A DNA stretch of 63,548 nucleotides, counting the filler, from Perkinsus olseni (lineage: Eukaryota), in assembly GCA_013115125.1 (NCBI GenBank). It is 3 parts of 3 records of this genome, joined end to end, with 100 filler letters (N's around TTAATTAATTAA, not from the genome) between each part and the next. Parts side by side here need not be neighbours in the genome. Positions count along the whole stretch, not along the records: positions 1 to 21,174 come from JABANN010000559.1; positions 21,275 to 42,363 come from JABANN010000560.1; 1 more part is not named here. One strand, 5' to 3'. The position numbers and the translations under genes were made by a program. This document shows positions 13,851 through 26,600 of the stretch, piece by piece. The notes under the pieces were generated by a model. The model saw only the letters and a program-made list of their open reading frames with translations, did not search any database and was not told where the DNA came from. Numbering within the stretch: position 1 is the first letter of the stretch; each line of letters begins with the position of its first letter.

Positions 13851-14368
13851 AGTTTAGTATTTTCTGATAGAAAAACTGACAAAAGGCTATTCATATGACT
13901 CCACCTGATTCCAACCGAGCTCAAGAAGTTCCCTATGCTCCTGCAGAATGGTACGCGTTTATGTGAACACCGATTGCCGTCAATTTTTAATCTTGCAGGC
14001 TTTCTCAGTAGCGTCTAGCGCAATATATTAGATAAGATGTAGCCTAAATTCTAGCTAAGATTATTATCGCCATACTGCACCAAAATAACTCTGAACAGTT
14101 CCCTCAGACTCGGTCATCCTCATTATAATGAGAATAACTAACGTCATAAAGGTGGTGCTATATCAGTGGCAGAAAACTCGCAACTACTTCGTTGTCCAAC
14201 AACCGTTGACACCTCTACCAACCCCAGCCTGGCCCATTCAAAACTCAAGCCCGCTCTCTCGGCGATTGTGCACAATTATTCTGAGTTCAGCCTCCCTGCC
14301 GACCAGAGTGACCCTCGGTCGAAAGAATAGAGAAACTTGAAAGGTGCTGGCGACGAGCCCTTCCAGCT

Positions 14369-17300
14369 TCATCCCAGCTGGGCCTGCAGGGCCGCCAATT
14401 GATCCGCTTCTTCCTGTGTAAGACCACCTGAGAGGGATACGATATGAACACAAGAACGACAATCAGGTAATTTCGAATAGACACTCTCAGCAACACGAAA
14501 TAAAACAGAAAGAGAATACAAATATATGGACAATGTTCAGTGTTTGATAACTCCACTGGGACATCAATATCAAAATGAGATAAACTGTAATCGAGATTTA
14601 CGATCGAATCCCACGAGACGCGGCCGACTGTCTAAACAATGTCAATGTCAATGGAATGGAACAATGTCTAGCTCCGGCGACGAACAAGATTTATTGCTCT
14701 TCTCAGAACAAGATATGTTTCTTCTATGAGCCGTTGGAGCCTTGACGATGCGTAACGATCGACGCCACGCGAAACCCCAGACGTCCTTCGTGCTCACTGG
14801 TTTCAGCTGACGTGCTCGCGTTGGAGTTCGCCCCGGCGCTGACCTTCGGGGCCTTCGCTGGTGCAGCCGCGGGCTGCGCTGCGGTGGGCTCAGTTACCAC
14901 ACCACCACTGGGAGCGGGAACGGCCTGAGGGGAAGCGACAGTTGAACAGCATCACACCGAAGCCTGAGAATTAACTCTATCGTACCACTCCTCCGGTGAA
15001 TGCAGGAGCGTTCACGATTCACAACATACGGAAAATTTGGCAGTTATTAAAGACCCTCTCACAGTTTATTCGACAGTTTATTACATCAACCATTTTCTTG
15101 TCAAGCTCCTCAGCCTCGATCTGATCCAGCTCGTTCAACAACTCATCGTCATCCATGATCTGGTTACCAGAAGATAGGACCTAACACACCAACAATCTCG
15201 CCACCTCGATGCCGATGCTGTCCGTAGGCTAGAATAGGAGAAATCACTGAAGAGATGTTCAGTCGCTAAGGTCCGGTAACCGAGACCGGCCAAGTAGTAC
15301 CACATCTTCCTCCAATCGTAGCGATGTAGTACTATCCGCACATTACTATTCTACTTTATCGAAGTACACTGGATTAACATTGTTTATACTAGGCTATTAT
15401 TGAAGGTGCTACGGGCCAAGTAGTATAAACATTGTTCATTGAGCGGTCTCGGAAAATTCGTTAAGTATCTTTCGGTTTCCGACCTTCTACCAACTCGACA
15501 ACCCTACGTACCTGCGACACCTCATTCTGGAGATCCTGTTGCTCGGCCATATCGTCCATGAGCTCATCAATCTAATCAAAAAACAAAATACTAACAAGCT
15601 TCGCACCGCCTAAAAGTATCCCAGGTGAATCGCACCGCGCGGTACATCAAAACATCCGAAAAATATCGAAAACACGATGCACGGACAAGCGCTTCTCTCC
15701 AAGCATTATTACATTGTCAATATTGAGCTGCTGATTCATCGTCTTCTGCGCGGACACGCCCTGAGCCAAAGCCTGCACCGCTACTGCAGTGGTCTGGCTG
15801 CTCTCAAGCGATAATATCTGCTGCTCCAATGTCATACCTGAACAAATTCTCATCTTGAATCTTCGTCTGGTCGAGGAGAGATACTCGAATTAAGAAATTA
15901 AACTACAATTAAGTACATGGAGGTATAAATATTTATTCCCTCGATTAATTTTGTACCATATCTTCACCTACTAATCGCTATATATAGTTGATAGATATTA
16001 CACCTATATATGTATTTAATGTATTTACAGTCCGGTCGCAAAAGTCGTCCAGAGTTGATCTAAAGCATCCAAGCTGTGAATAATGAAACGATAAGAGCCC
16101 GGCCTCGATCTGAGCAACTTTTCTTCCACCGGACTGTACATTCAACTAATGAGTATCAGAAATATTAGGAAGATACTATACCATTCTATATCTAACCAAA
16201 ATACTCATCAAAGGATACAAAGCCTTCAGCGGAGAGACCCTGCCAGCTTACGAGAGTTCATCAGGGTCTGCAGCTCGGCCTCGTACAACTTCTTCCTTTT
16301 CAAGGCCATCAGCGCTCCTCGCTTGTCCTTTGCAGCAGCTCTGCTACCTGAACCAACGCAAGTCACGACGAAAAACGAGATGAATATCCCAGACGACGGC
16401 GGGGTCGAAAATTTTCCTGCCCATACGCAATCACGACTCAGAAAAAAATATCAGTCTCGATTTCTATTTAGCATATAAAGATTCAGATAAATGATAAATT
16501 ATCATAGCTAGCTGTAGAGATGCCGAATAACGATTCACGAGAAGGCTACAATATCCAAGGTTCGAGCTCGGACTTGAAAATTGCTTGGTGATGCATCAAC
16601 GATCCACGCGCTGATGAAAGGATTCGAAAAGAACGGGCAGAGCCCTGGAGGAGAGCATAGTTGACTGGCAACGATAACTCAGTTGAAGATATTCTACTGA
16701 AATTCCCAATGACGTAGAGGATGAGATGGATGTAGTTGACGCCGTCAACTTGACGGGGCAAGGTAGAAGGAGCATAGTGGGTTTGCCCGCAGCAGAGATG
16801 CTGTGGTCCGTATGACACAGACTGTTCACAACAGCCAAGAACACGAGAGCCGCTCTTGTGTTCGTTGTGCCTGCCAGCTCAACATGAGCCATGATGAGCT
16901 GGTAGCCAAATCGAGCCATAAGGCGGTGGTCGCTGGGGACAGGTGCAAAGGGAAGCTGATGTGGGCCGTATGTCGCAGATTGTACGCAACAGCGCGAAGA
17001 CAAATTCCTCTACTTCCCGACTTTCACTCTCGTCACTCAGTCGCAGTCCATCACTGTCATGAAAATGTAAAACCACATGATGACAAAAAAAATCGGTAGA
17101 GTGGATTTGAACAGTACCACAACAAGCGCCCCCATTACGAGCTTCCTGTTCTTGAATCGCCATCTTCTTCTCAATAAGTTGTTCCCTTTTTTCCAGAGTA
17201 TCGATCGCCTCCTTGTTCTTCATAATAGCGTCGGGTAAATTCTGTTAGGGAAAAACTTATTTATAATTTTGAAGCCACCACGAACTTTTATTCACTCAAC

Positions 17301-17501
17301 TAGTCTACTTTTTCCTGTCTAAAACAGGTACTTATTTTGTCTACTTTTATCACAGTCGGCAACTAAAATTTTTCTCCTTACAGTGCACTCGCCCGTCGAC
17401 AAACAGTCCGGCAACTGAACCGTGGGTCGTTGCCCTACCTGTTGTGGTGGAGGCGACGCTTTCTTCTGCTCCTTCTTTTTAGAACCGAAGAAAAGACGCA
17501 T
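14369..17501 (-). CDS. SNF7: ESCRT-III Snf7/Vps32/CHMP4 homolog, multi-exon
   Basis: Exons MRLFFGSKKKEQ; AIMKNKEAIDTLEKREQLIEKKM; DKRGALMALKRKKLYEAEL; MTLEQQILSLESSQT; IDELMDDMAEQQDLQNEVS; DDDELLNELDQIEAEEL; final GLTQEEADQLAALQAQLG*. Confidence 0.92.
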
Positions 17502-18658
17502 ATTAGAGATATACAAAAATGGAAAACGACTAAAGCAAATCATCGTGCGACTGCCCAGACAAGTTTGTCATTGCAATCAGCATGTAACACGCTGTACGAA
17601 ACACCAGGAGACATATCCCTTACGCATCCATCAGACTGGAAAAAAAGAACCACTATTGATCTATGAGTCGGGATGCCGATTATCTCACAACTGAGTTTCC
17701 TGCAAGCCCCCGTGAACGCCTCTTCGCTGTTAAGAAAACAAGAGTCAACTACATCAACCTACTCTCGCGAGAACAGCAAAATTTATTCCCACTTGCTGCA
17801 AGATGCGCATTTCAGTTTTACCATGACAGTGACAGCCAGCTACACCAGCTCGACACCATCACGGTGTAGGCAACCACTTGTAGGGCCCGGAGGCGGTGAT
17901 GTCTGTCAATGCAGAATCACAACGCGAGTTTTCCTCAACTCACATGAGAGACGAACACGAAGCTAGTAGCACAGTTGGGCTCTAGGGACCGAAAATTCGC
18001 CTCCCGCTGTGCAAGAACCACTTCCCATTGTGAACCATCAGTCATACACGCGTTTCTCACAAACAGACCACAGAAAATACGAATTGCCACATTGTTATCC
18101 TGGATAAACTGAACTGCAAGTTAGCCGATCGATGTTCGCCGCACCCCATACAAGCCTGACTCCGCTGAACACAACTCCACCTTCCTGAAGTGGTTAGTAG
18201 TAGGAACGCTATCATAATGATACTGGCCAGATATCGGCGTCGTGTGGTTCAGTAGTGCAGGATAGACTGTATCAATAGTAGTAGTAGTAATCGCTTGATC
18301 ATAGAGACGAGATGAACTCTTCAAGTAAGTGAGTCTATGTACTTATGTAAGAAACAAACCAATGGCATCCAGAAAACGAAGATTGGAGCATTGGCGTCAT
18401 CCAAGGAGTGAGATCCGCTTGCTTGGTTGGTTCGACCTCGCTGTGGCTCGTGGCCGCAGCACGAGGATTGGGAGCGGATTGGAAGGATCTTCGAAGGAAG
18501 ATCTATTATGAACAACTATAAATAAACAGGATAGCATCAACTTAGTGGAATCTGTGTAAAGAATGACCAGGCACAAACCACGGCATCTCTCAAGCAGATG
18601 AGCGAAACTCGACCTATTCCGTATCTTGCAGGCTAAACCTCGAAGATACCGCTCACAA

Positions 18659-19783
18659 TCAGTTGTTCTCCGCCTGTTGGGCCTTACTGGCCTCGGCAGC
18701 CTTTCTCGCCTTCTTCTCGTTGTACTTCTTGGTAGCATAACCGTAGACGACCACACCGAAAATCGACATGAGAGCCGACGCAAGAGTGATGTCACGTTGC
18801 CAACGATCAAGCGGGAAAAGACAGTACTTCTCGATGTGTGAGCAGTACATAAAGTGAGACAAGAAAATATAGATACCGGTCTTCAAGCCCTTCGCAATGG
18901 CCGTACCAACGTTGCCAATGCGATTCAAGAGCAGGAAGAAACAGGCTGCGTGCAAGAAGTTGCAGAGAATGAATAATATGTACCAGCCCATGACTGTTCC
19001 CACGTCCGAGCCGGCCTCGTCAATTTCGTCCACGATTTGCTCTTGAACTCTCCACGAGTTCCAGCCGATAAAGTAGAAAGCGTAAAGGATGATAGAGTAG
19101 ATACCGATGAGACCGCAGAGTCGGGTGGGTGGGAAGTCGTATTTTTTGATGTAATATTCGTTGATGATGTTAGTAAGGGAATGCATAAAGCAACCGCAGA
19201 GGATGAGGATTGTGCCAACCACAAGTTGGTGAGAGCCGTCCACTGAGTTCACGAAGGACTTCATGGCTACGCCTCCGATAACGATGACGATGGCCGCTAT
19301 TTGCCAGATAGAAAAGCGCTGCTTGAGGAAGATGAAGGAGAGCACCACAGTCCACACGATGCAAGAGTTATACAACATAGTGTAGATCTGGGCGCCAGCC
19401 AGCACGATGCCGAACTGCAGCAGGACTTGTGAAACAATGTCCACAGCAGAGGGGATAGCAGCGCGCTTCCAGTCACACTTCCACAGGGGCTTGGCAGCCG
19501 GTAAAAGGACCACCAATACGTTACCGAGGGCGTTGGCCGCGAAGGTGAGCAGGTGAACCGTCTTCTTGCCGCCTCCGCCGTGATTTCGGATCTGATCTTC
19601 GCAGAGGTTCTGCATGATAGCCGAGGCTACGAAGACTATCATCAAGGGCCAGAAGGCGACGTGCTCGATCCTGTCGGCGACCTTAGTGCTGAAGCGCTTC
19701 AAGGCGGACACCTGCTTGGTGTCTGGCTTAGTGGACAGAGAAGAGGAGCTCGAAGAGTCCATAGACTCAGTGGAGCCCGCCAT
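18659..19783 (-). CDS. Intronless drug/metabolite transporter (DMT/SLC35-like), ~10 TM
   Basis: 374-aa ORF with many hydrophobic helices and DMT-like motifs (PSAVDIVSQVLLQFGI, IYTMLYNSCIVWTVVLSFIFLKQRFS, GTILILCGCFMHSLTNIINE). Confidence 0.85.
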   Translation of the reverse strand: MAGSTESMDSSSSSSLSTKPDTKQVSALKRFSTKVADRIEHVAFWPLMIVFVASAIMQNLCEDQIRNHGGGGKKTVHLLTFAANALGNVLVVLLPAAKPLWKCDWKRAAIPSAVDIVSQVLLQFGIVLAGAQIYTMLYNSCIVWTVVLSFIFLKQRFSIWQIAAIVIVIGGVAMKSFVNSVDGSHQLVVGTILILCGCFMHSLTNIINEYYIKKYDFPPTRLCGLIGIYSIILYAFYFIGWNSWRVQEQIVDEIDEAGSDVGTVMGWYILFILCNFLHAACFFLLLNRIGNVGTAIAKGLKTGIYIFLSHFMYCSHIEKYCLFPLDRWQRDITLASALMSIFGVVVYGYATKKYNEKKARKAAEASKAQQAENN

Positions 19784-21174
19784 AAGAGTAAAGAGGGGAG
19801 AGGAAAGAGGAAACTAGGAGTAATTGTGAGCAAAGATTCCACGCTACTTTCAAATGTCTTAACGTATCCACCTGAGCATCCCCGGGCGATTCAAACGGTG
19901 ATAGGTACTTGAATCCCGAAACTCAAAAAATTGCTCGGGGCCTTAGCATTTCACACGCAGAAATCTATTCCAAGTTGATTAAGACTTATTTTACTGAACG
20001 GGAAGCTGAAAATGCTCTACTGCCATCCCCTGGGAATTCATCAGTTTACCGCACACCTGGTCGATCCCGTTGCGCATCATTTGCAATCACCATATCTTGG
20101 AAAATGACATTTTCAACGCTGAGCTTGAGGGACACTTTTAAGATGTCCCTCTCGCTTCACCCCGTTCAATTTGTCAAAATATAACTACCTGGTTCTCTCA
20201 GTTAGAGTGACCAGCCGAAAAATGCAAAAGGCTAGGGCGAAGAAGTTGAAGAATAGTGAGTATCGGTAAGAGAGCAAGAGAGTGGCTATCGGAATCAGCG
20301 CATGTTTATCCGAACGCGCCCAGAAAAACATCACCGGTGTAGGCCCTTGACCCTTCTCAATTAATAAAATGGCGATGATGATCTCAAATGATTGCTGCCT
20401 CGGCTTCTGTTGTAGTGCGTCGAAAAGCACTGGTAAAGCAACCCAACAGCATCCGACAAGGAAAACAGATTTTTCGCTCCATCATCGTCATGCACGGCAA
20501 TCACCGCTTCTGATGGCTTCGAGCCTTCATTTGCAACCAAGCCACGTACCATCTATTCACGTTCCACCTTAGACGCGCATCAATGCCTTCCATGAATAAG
20601 TACCTGAGTACAGTCAAGAAGCTCAGTTGCCATTGAGAGACCATTCGGTGGTTGTAGCAACCGTAACTCAGTCTTCGTAGCTCAGCGTGATGTTTAAATC
20701 GGAAAATGATTTTTTACAGTGCATTCGCCGATTTCGGCGTTCAAAATCCGATTACCCTTTTCTCCGAGGCGTAAGCTCCCCAGGTCCCTAATGAGCCCCT
20801 GATTCAGATAATTGCAAATTCACGTTGTACTAGTATAAAATTGCGGAGCGAGCGAAGCGAGCGGAGCATCTCTACCTTGCGATAGTACGGATAGTTGGTC
20901 GGTCGCCTAGAATTCCCATTCATGGATGCAATGAGATATGTGGCGCGGATTATGCGATGAGTTCGAACACGCGTTGAATCATTCAACTTGTGGCTCCTCG
21001 TCTTTTAGTGTCGACGTGGTCGAGGTGTTCCGGGTGACCCGGACCGGGTCTAATACGACCATGTTCACGCAGTGTGCGCAACCGCCTCTCATCTGCAGTT
21101 GGCCCAGTCAACGGCGGAAAGCGGCGGCAACATCGCGTGGACTGGCTTCATTGTCAGCCCCAACGGCCGCTGGA

Positions 21175-21274
21175 NNNNNNNNNNNNNNNNNNNNNNNNNN
21201 NNNNNNNNNNNNNNNNNNTTAATTAATTAANNNNNNNNNNNNNNNNNNNNNNNNNNNNNNNNNNNNNNNNNNNN
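21175..21274. other. Artificial contig spacer (N-TTAATTAATTAA-N)
   Basis: 100 nt of N around a six-frame stop linker at 21219-21230. Confidence 0.97.
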
Positions 21275-21300
21275 CGCGAATATCACACTATATCGCGCAG

Positions 21301-21346
21301 CCCTCTCGCACCCTAAGCGAGAATCATACCACTAGACCACACAGCC
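21301..21346 (-). pseudogene. 5' part of tRNA-Pro(AGG), T-arm and 3' acceptor strand missing
   Basis: Minus strand GGCTGTGTGGTCTAGTGGTATGATTCTCGCTTAGGGTGCGAGAGG, followed by unrelated palindromic sequence next to the contig end. Confidence 0.75.
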
Positions 21347-21429
21347 ACACAGAAAACTCCAATGAGTCCCGGGGCCATATAGTCCTTCGAACACCTCCCA
21401 CCAATGGCCTACGTGAATGCAAACTCCCG

Positions 21430-22170
21430 CGCGTTGCCAGCAACAAGCTTGGACCCTATCCATAGCGTTACAGAACCTGAAAAGCTTGATACTTTGGAAC
21501 TTGAAACACCGAAAACTAGGTGGTGCCTATCTGAAACCAGTCCTGCCTAGAATCAACAGATCCGTTGGATAACACAGTCGCTCCCTGTCAACACTCAAAT
21601 CACCACATAATATGCCTATTGAACCTACCCGAGGAGTTTGTAGGCGGCACAGCACACCAGGCTTTTGTATCACTGACGAAATGCACTCCGCTGTCCCCTC
21701 GATTCCCAAAGATGCATACGGGTGGGGATTCAATCTTCTCGACGTGCACGGGGAAATTCACACCCGTGATCCATACCCTGGCTGAATCTCGCGTAGATGC
21801 GTGGTGAGGGCTTACGGCACGGTAGTCAGCAGCCGGTCGAATCAAAATTGCTATCTGATCCGTCTGATAGACGGGCTGCGATAAGGTTTCCAGCCGCAAC
21901 CAAATCGCTCGTGCCGCAAAGCTTCCGGTGAACGGAAGTTTGCACTCCACCGCTGACTCGTTAATAACAACCGCCGCTACGCGATGGCCATCGCCCATCT
22001 TGCATACCAACAGATCAATCCAGTCATCGAAGTACTGGCCCAGTAGGGTGACAATCACAGACCGTGGCGTTGACTCGATCTCGCGCGGCCAAGAAGACCG
22101 GAGTTCGGGCATAAGCGGGGGCTCAGGTGGGAAACGCGTCTCGAATGGTCGAGGGGGCAATAGACCTGCA
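21430..22170 (-). pseudogene. IPT/TIG-domain protein fragment, probably decayed
   Basis: Two IPT-like units (VTLLGQYF...VCKMG...VINESAVECKLP; VSPHHAS...VWITGVNF...CIFG...FVSDTKAWCAVPP); the frame hits several stops after 21600. Confidence 0.6.
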
Positions 22171-23694
22171 ATGAACTGTGATTATTCCTACGCAGCATTA
22201 AAGAGAATGATGCTGTCGGAGAAGTAGTGAGTCGAGCTCTCGCAGCCTAACGTTAAGCGGTTCATAATGAACCGTTCATTACCATGTAACGATACGACGC
22301 TACAGTCGAACTTCGATGAGTTCTCTCCATTCGTTCGTATAGAAGGCCAATCGAGCCAGGTCTACACTTGAATGATTCGCCCGCTCAATTCACCAGGAAT
22401 TTTCACATGACAACCTTGCTAGCTCCAGGGGTGAGGAGAGTGTGCACAGATATTCTAGCGTTTAACTGCGAGCATAAATGAATGGCATATCCCACAATCC
22501 CTCTCCTAGCATTACCGCAGTTTTCCCTCCAGGACTCATAGGCCACTAAGGCGCCCACCAAATTCATAAGCAATAACATCAGCATGTGCCCTATAGGTAT
22601 GAAGGAGTAGCCATTTCTGTAAACTAGCTGAGATCAGATCAGTAAATTCTGTATTCACCAGAGCCTATCAAGAATCCCCCGCTACCTTCTTCTCCATAAC
22701 ACGCACCACATAAACGGGTAATCGCATAAACACAACGGTAACTCGAAGGCCCAGCGCGATGCTTAGTATACTGCTGGCTCATTGACTCGCGCATCTTGCT
22801 AGCAATGGAAGTATTTTGATGAAAGGTCAGCAATCGCTCTTGGACTTTTCACCTGCTCTTACAAACATTAACGCGCAGAACACCTTGAAACGCCACACCC
22901 AAGTAACAACTCAACACGTACTGCAGAAGTAGATAGAATGGCTGGCGCAAAGATTGTTGTGTAGTCAACCGAGGCCACTCAGTCAGGCTGGGCTGCATCA
23001 GCGTGAAAATGAAATCGCCAGCGAAATACGGGAAGGACTCGATTCTAAAAAGGTTCGGCGGTTCACACGCAGTGAAAGATCCTGCGCAGTAAAGCCGCAG
23101 GGGTACGGCGTAGAATTATACTCGCCCGCCCAAAAATCAAAAAGATATATTGAAAGATTGTTTCTTTTCCTGCTGGGGGTCATGACGTGAACAGTTCATT
23201 TCATGGGGATCAATATGAAGGCACTTCATGAGCGCAGAATCTCGAGAATGGGCTTAACGTGTAGAAATCGATTCTGAGTTACAGAATGACTTTACTGAAC
23301 AGGAGGGGCTCCTCATTGACAGTTGGCCATTGAGGAGTCCCCAAGCAGTGGACAGTCTTTCCCTGGCTTCCAAGAGTGCTCCCAGGATGAGTTAGACGCA
23401 TCACATTTACTTCCTCCGATCCTTGCTTGATTGAGTTTGTACGTTACCTTGCCGGGTTCCATGACAGATGACGATGATGAGCCCGGCTGATGCTCACAGA
23501 GTCTGTTACCCAGCTGATTCGTCGTCACCAACCAAAGATAGCACCTCCATGCAACGACATCTACAGGATATCTACTAAATCAACCCTTGGCCTCGTGTGA
23601 TTACCGTTGACTGACCTTCTATCTACAGGGGTTGTGTTCAGTGGCAGCGTCAATCGAGCTGTATCGTCGCCTGAGTTTTCTAATATTCTTCCGT

Positions 23695-26600
23695 ATGCGA
23701 GCAGCCCTCCTCTCCTTGCTCTTTCTAGTAGCAGGTGTCGTAACCGCCCTTCAAACCAACAAGAAGGTGTCAGTGAAAGAAGTTGTACGCAACCGTTTCC
23801 TATCCTCTGGTAACCTCTCCATCCCTCAGGTCTTCGACAGCGCTGTTGCTGATATAATATGGCTTGGCTCGGACAGCAAAATCGTTATCGTTCGAACCAG
23901 CCGAGGCAGGGTCTACAGGTGGGACAAGCCGCTCCTTGCCGCGTACCAGTTCGCTACTCGCAGATCAATCAACGGCGGTGACGTATGGGATGAGATCACG
24001 GATGCTCTTGTCGGAAGCAACTCCGCCAAGTGAGCCTTGAGCCACCTCTGCGTCGCCTAGAGTGTCGACAGGACCTACGCTGACTACAGCAGCTCTGGTA
24101 GCCGTGATTTCTATCTTACCTCGATTGCAGCTAATGACAATGAGAAGAACATGGTCCTGGCTGTATCCAATCACAGAGTATACTCACACCGCTCTATGAT
24201 CGACCCATGATTTATCCCTCAGGTCCACTTCATCAGCGATGATGCTGGTCAGCGCTGGCGTGTCGTGAAGTACAAGGGTATACATTCTTATCTCTTTCAT
24301 CCAGTTCGGCCAAAGTACCCACCACTAGTACCGTCACCACCATTACTTTCGATCTGTCAGGTGGGCCCTCATGTCTACATGGACCGAAGCGTGTGATTCC
24401 CGAACCACTCGAAGCGATGCCGATGTCGATCCTTGCCATCACTCTCTTTTCCTCACCCAGGTATAAGCGATCGACTTGCGAGCTGCTATATCGTAGCATT
24501 CCGTAGAAAGCGTTTCCCCGGAAGCCTTCGTCCTTCATTCGCCATCTACGGCGGTTCGTTTATTACTTTCGTGTCATCCCTACTCGTTAGAGTACTCAAC
24601 CCTGCTTCTTAGGATGGTGGCCGTACCTTCCTTCTTGTACAATCGTATGTTGTCCAGTTCGACTGGGGTGACAGGGCCTTCGGTCAAGAGGATAGAATCT
24701 ATCTAACACATTTTTGGTAAGGGGGATGTACATCCATCACAGTGTTCATGCGCAACAACTTTGCAGGTCCAAGACAGGCGACCAGCCTAAGCTCACTCTG
24801 TGGTCCCCTGGGGTTGACTTCGCCTACAGCGATGATATGGGTAGGGTGACTTTTCTTTTCTGTGCAATGTGGCTCTGTGAACAGCTTTCTCTTACTACAA
24901 AATCCCCCGTGGTCACCCTGAGCATTTTCGAACGATGTTGGTCAGCCTTCTTCTCGGCTCCCTTCAGGCCATACCTTCTATCAGGCTGTATCCCAAGGCA
25001 ATAAGTTCCTCATTAGCAACGGCTTCATTTTTGTAGCCCAACTAGTGGATAAGCGTAGGTTGCCTAGGGCCTATGATGCGTGAATCGCGGTCATCGAGCT
25101 TGCCTGTTCTCCTTGATGCTGTCAAGACCAAGTTGGATTGGAGTGATGTTGTCCTCGTATGGATTAGGTTCTCAGAGCGTGAAGCTCATGGTATCCGCTG
25201 ATGGTGGGGACCGTTTCGAGGCGGCGCGCCTTCCCGTCAAACTCGAGGAGAAAAGTTACACCATACTGGACACCAGCGAAGGTGGATCTGCTGCTGCACT
25301 CCTGCGGTCGGTTAAGGATCCACTTTAGGTGCTGTCATGCTTCACGTTAATCACGAGTCCCCTGGCAGCGGAGGTATCGGCAACGTTTACGTCAGCGACA
25401 AGGACGGTGTCCGATACAGTCTCAGCCTACCTAATAACGTATGTTCGAGGATAAGCCTCGGCAACGAGTGGCCACCATTATATTCGATATCTGTATTTTC
25501 TGACTCTTGTGGCTACCTGTGTATCTTCCCATGCCGAATGAATCCTAGTTCGCTCGGTAGTTTCGGCTATTCGAGTATAACCGTCCAAGCTAAGATGAGC
25601 ATAGTTAATCGTCGTATCCTGTAGCGCCGGGGCATCATCGATGACTCATCAACAATATAGGGAAATGAGTTGACGATATGCATATCCATCCGCTATCATC
25701 TTCATAAGAGATTAAACGACTGAGCTGGCTCGGTGTTCACTTGTCATGTCATCTATTCATCAGGTACGAGGGAGTAACGGTGACTGTGAGTTCGACAAAG
25801 TAGCTTCGCTGGAAGGAGTGTACATGGCCAACTTCATGGACACTGATTTCGACAATGATGGCTACGAGGAGGATATCATGTCCGATGATGTAAGAGCTGG
25901 GCAAGCTACGCCACTATGCTCCGCACGGTGCAGAGTTCTTTCTCCGCTGCTAACGAGCTCGCTCCATTGAAATTGGCTGATGTTCAGGAGTCGGAAGACG
26001 CTAGTTTCGGGATGAGCCGCCATCATGGCCGAGGAAAAAGTGGCAAGGACGAGAGCCTCATACGTGAGAGCCGCCACAGTGCATCGACGCCTTAGGAATG
26101 AGACCCCGGCAGGCACCGTGATATCATTTGATAAGGGTGGCGTGTGGTCCTATCTAATCCCGCCCAGAGTGGATTCTAGAGGCAAGGCAATTGATTGCCC
26201 TAGGGATAGGTACGGGGCTATCTGTAATATGATACGCCTTATCTGGCCATTCCAGGTGTTTTCTCCATTTGCATGGCATCACCAACTTCCACAACTACGC
26301 TCCATTCTACTCATTGGAAACGGCTGTAGGGCTCATCATGGGCACCGGTAATTGACTCACGACTACGTTTGGTGCGCAACTCGGGCGAACAGCCTCGTAA
26401 GATGTATGTGCATCGTCACAAGCCTTCGAGTGGCTCGACTATCTCCGTTCAGTAATGCCAAAAAGGGTAGCTAATTCTTCTAGGCAACGTCGGTCCTTAT
26501 CTTCGGTTCGAGAAGGATGAAGTGAACACTTACCTGTCTCGTGATGGTGGTCTCACTTGGATTGAAGCACACAAAGGTGAGGTTTGCGGTCAGGGGCGAA

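Noticed and set aside
16546-17099. ORFs inside the large SNF7 intron
   Set aside because: Could be an old insertion, but no transposon motif, terminal repeat or TSD could be confirmed.
20828-20868. ACTAGT next to GCGGAGCGAGCGAAGCGAGCGGAGC as a Helitron-like end
   Set aside because: Single occurrence, no clear hairpin and no matching other end in the window.
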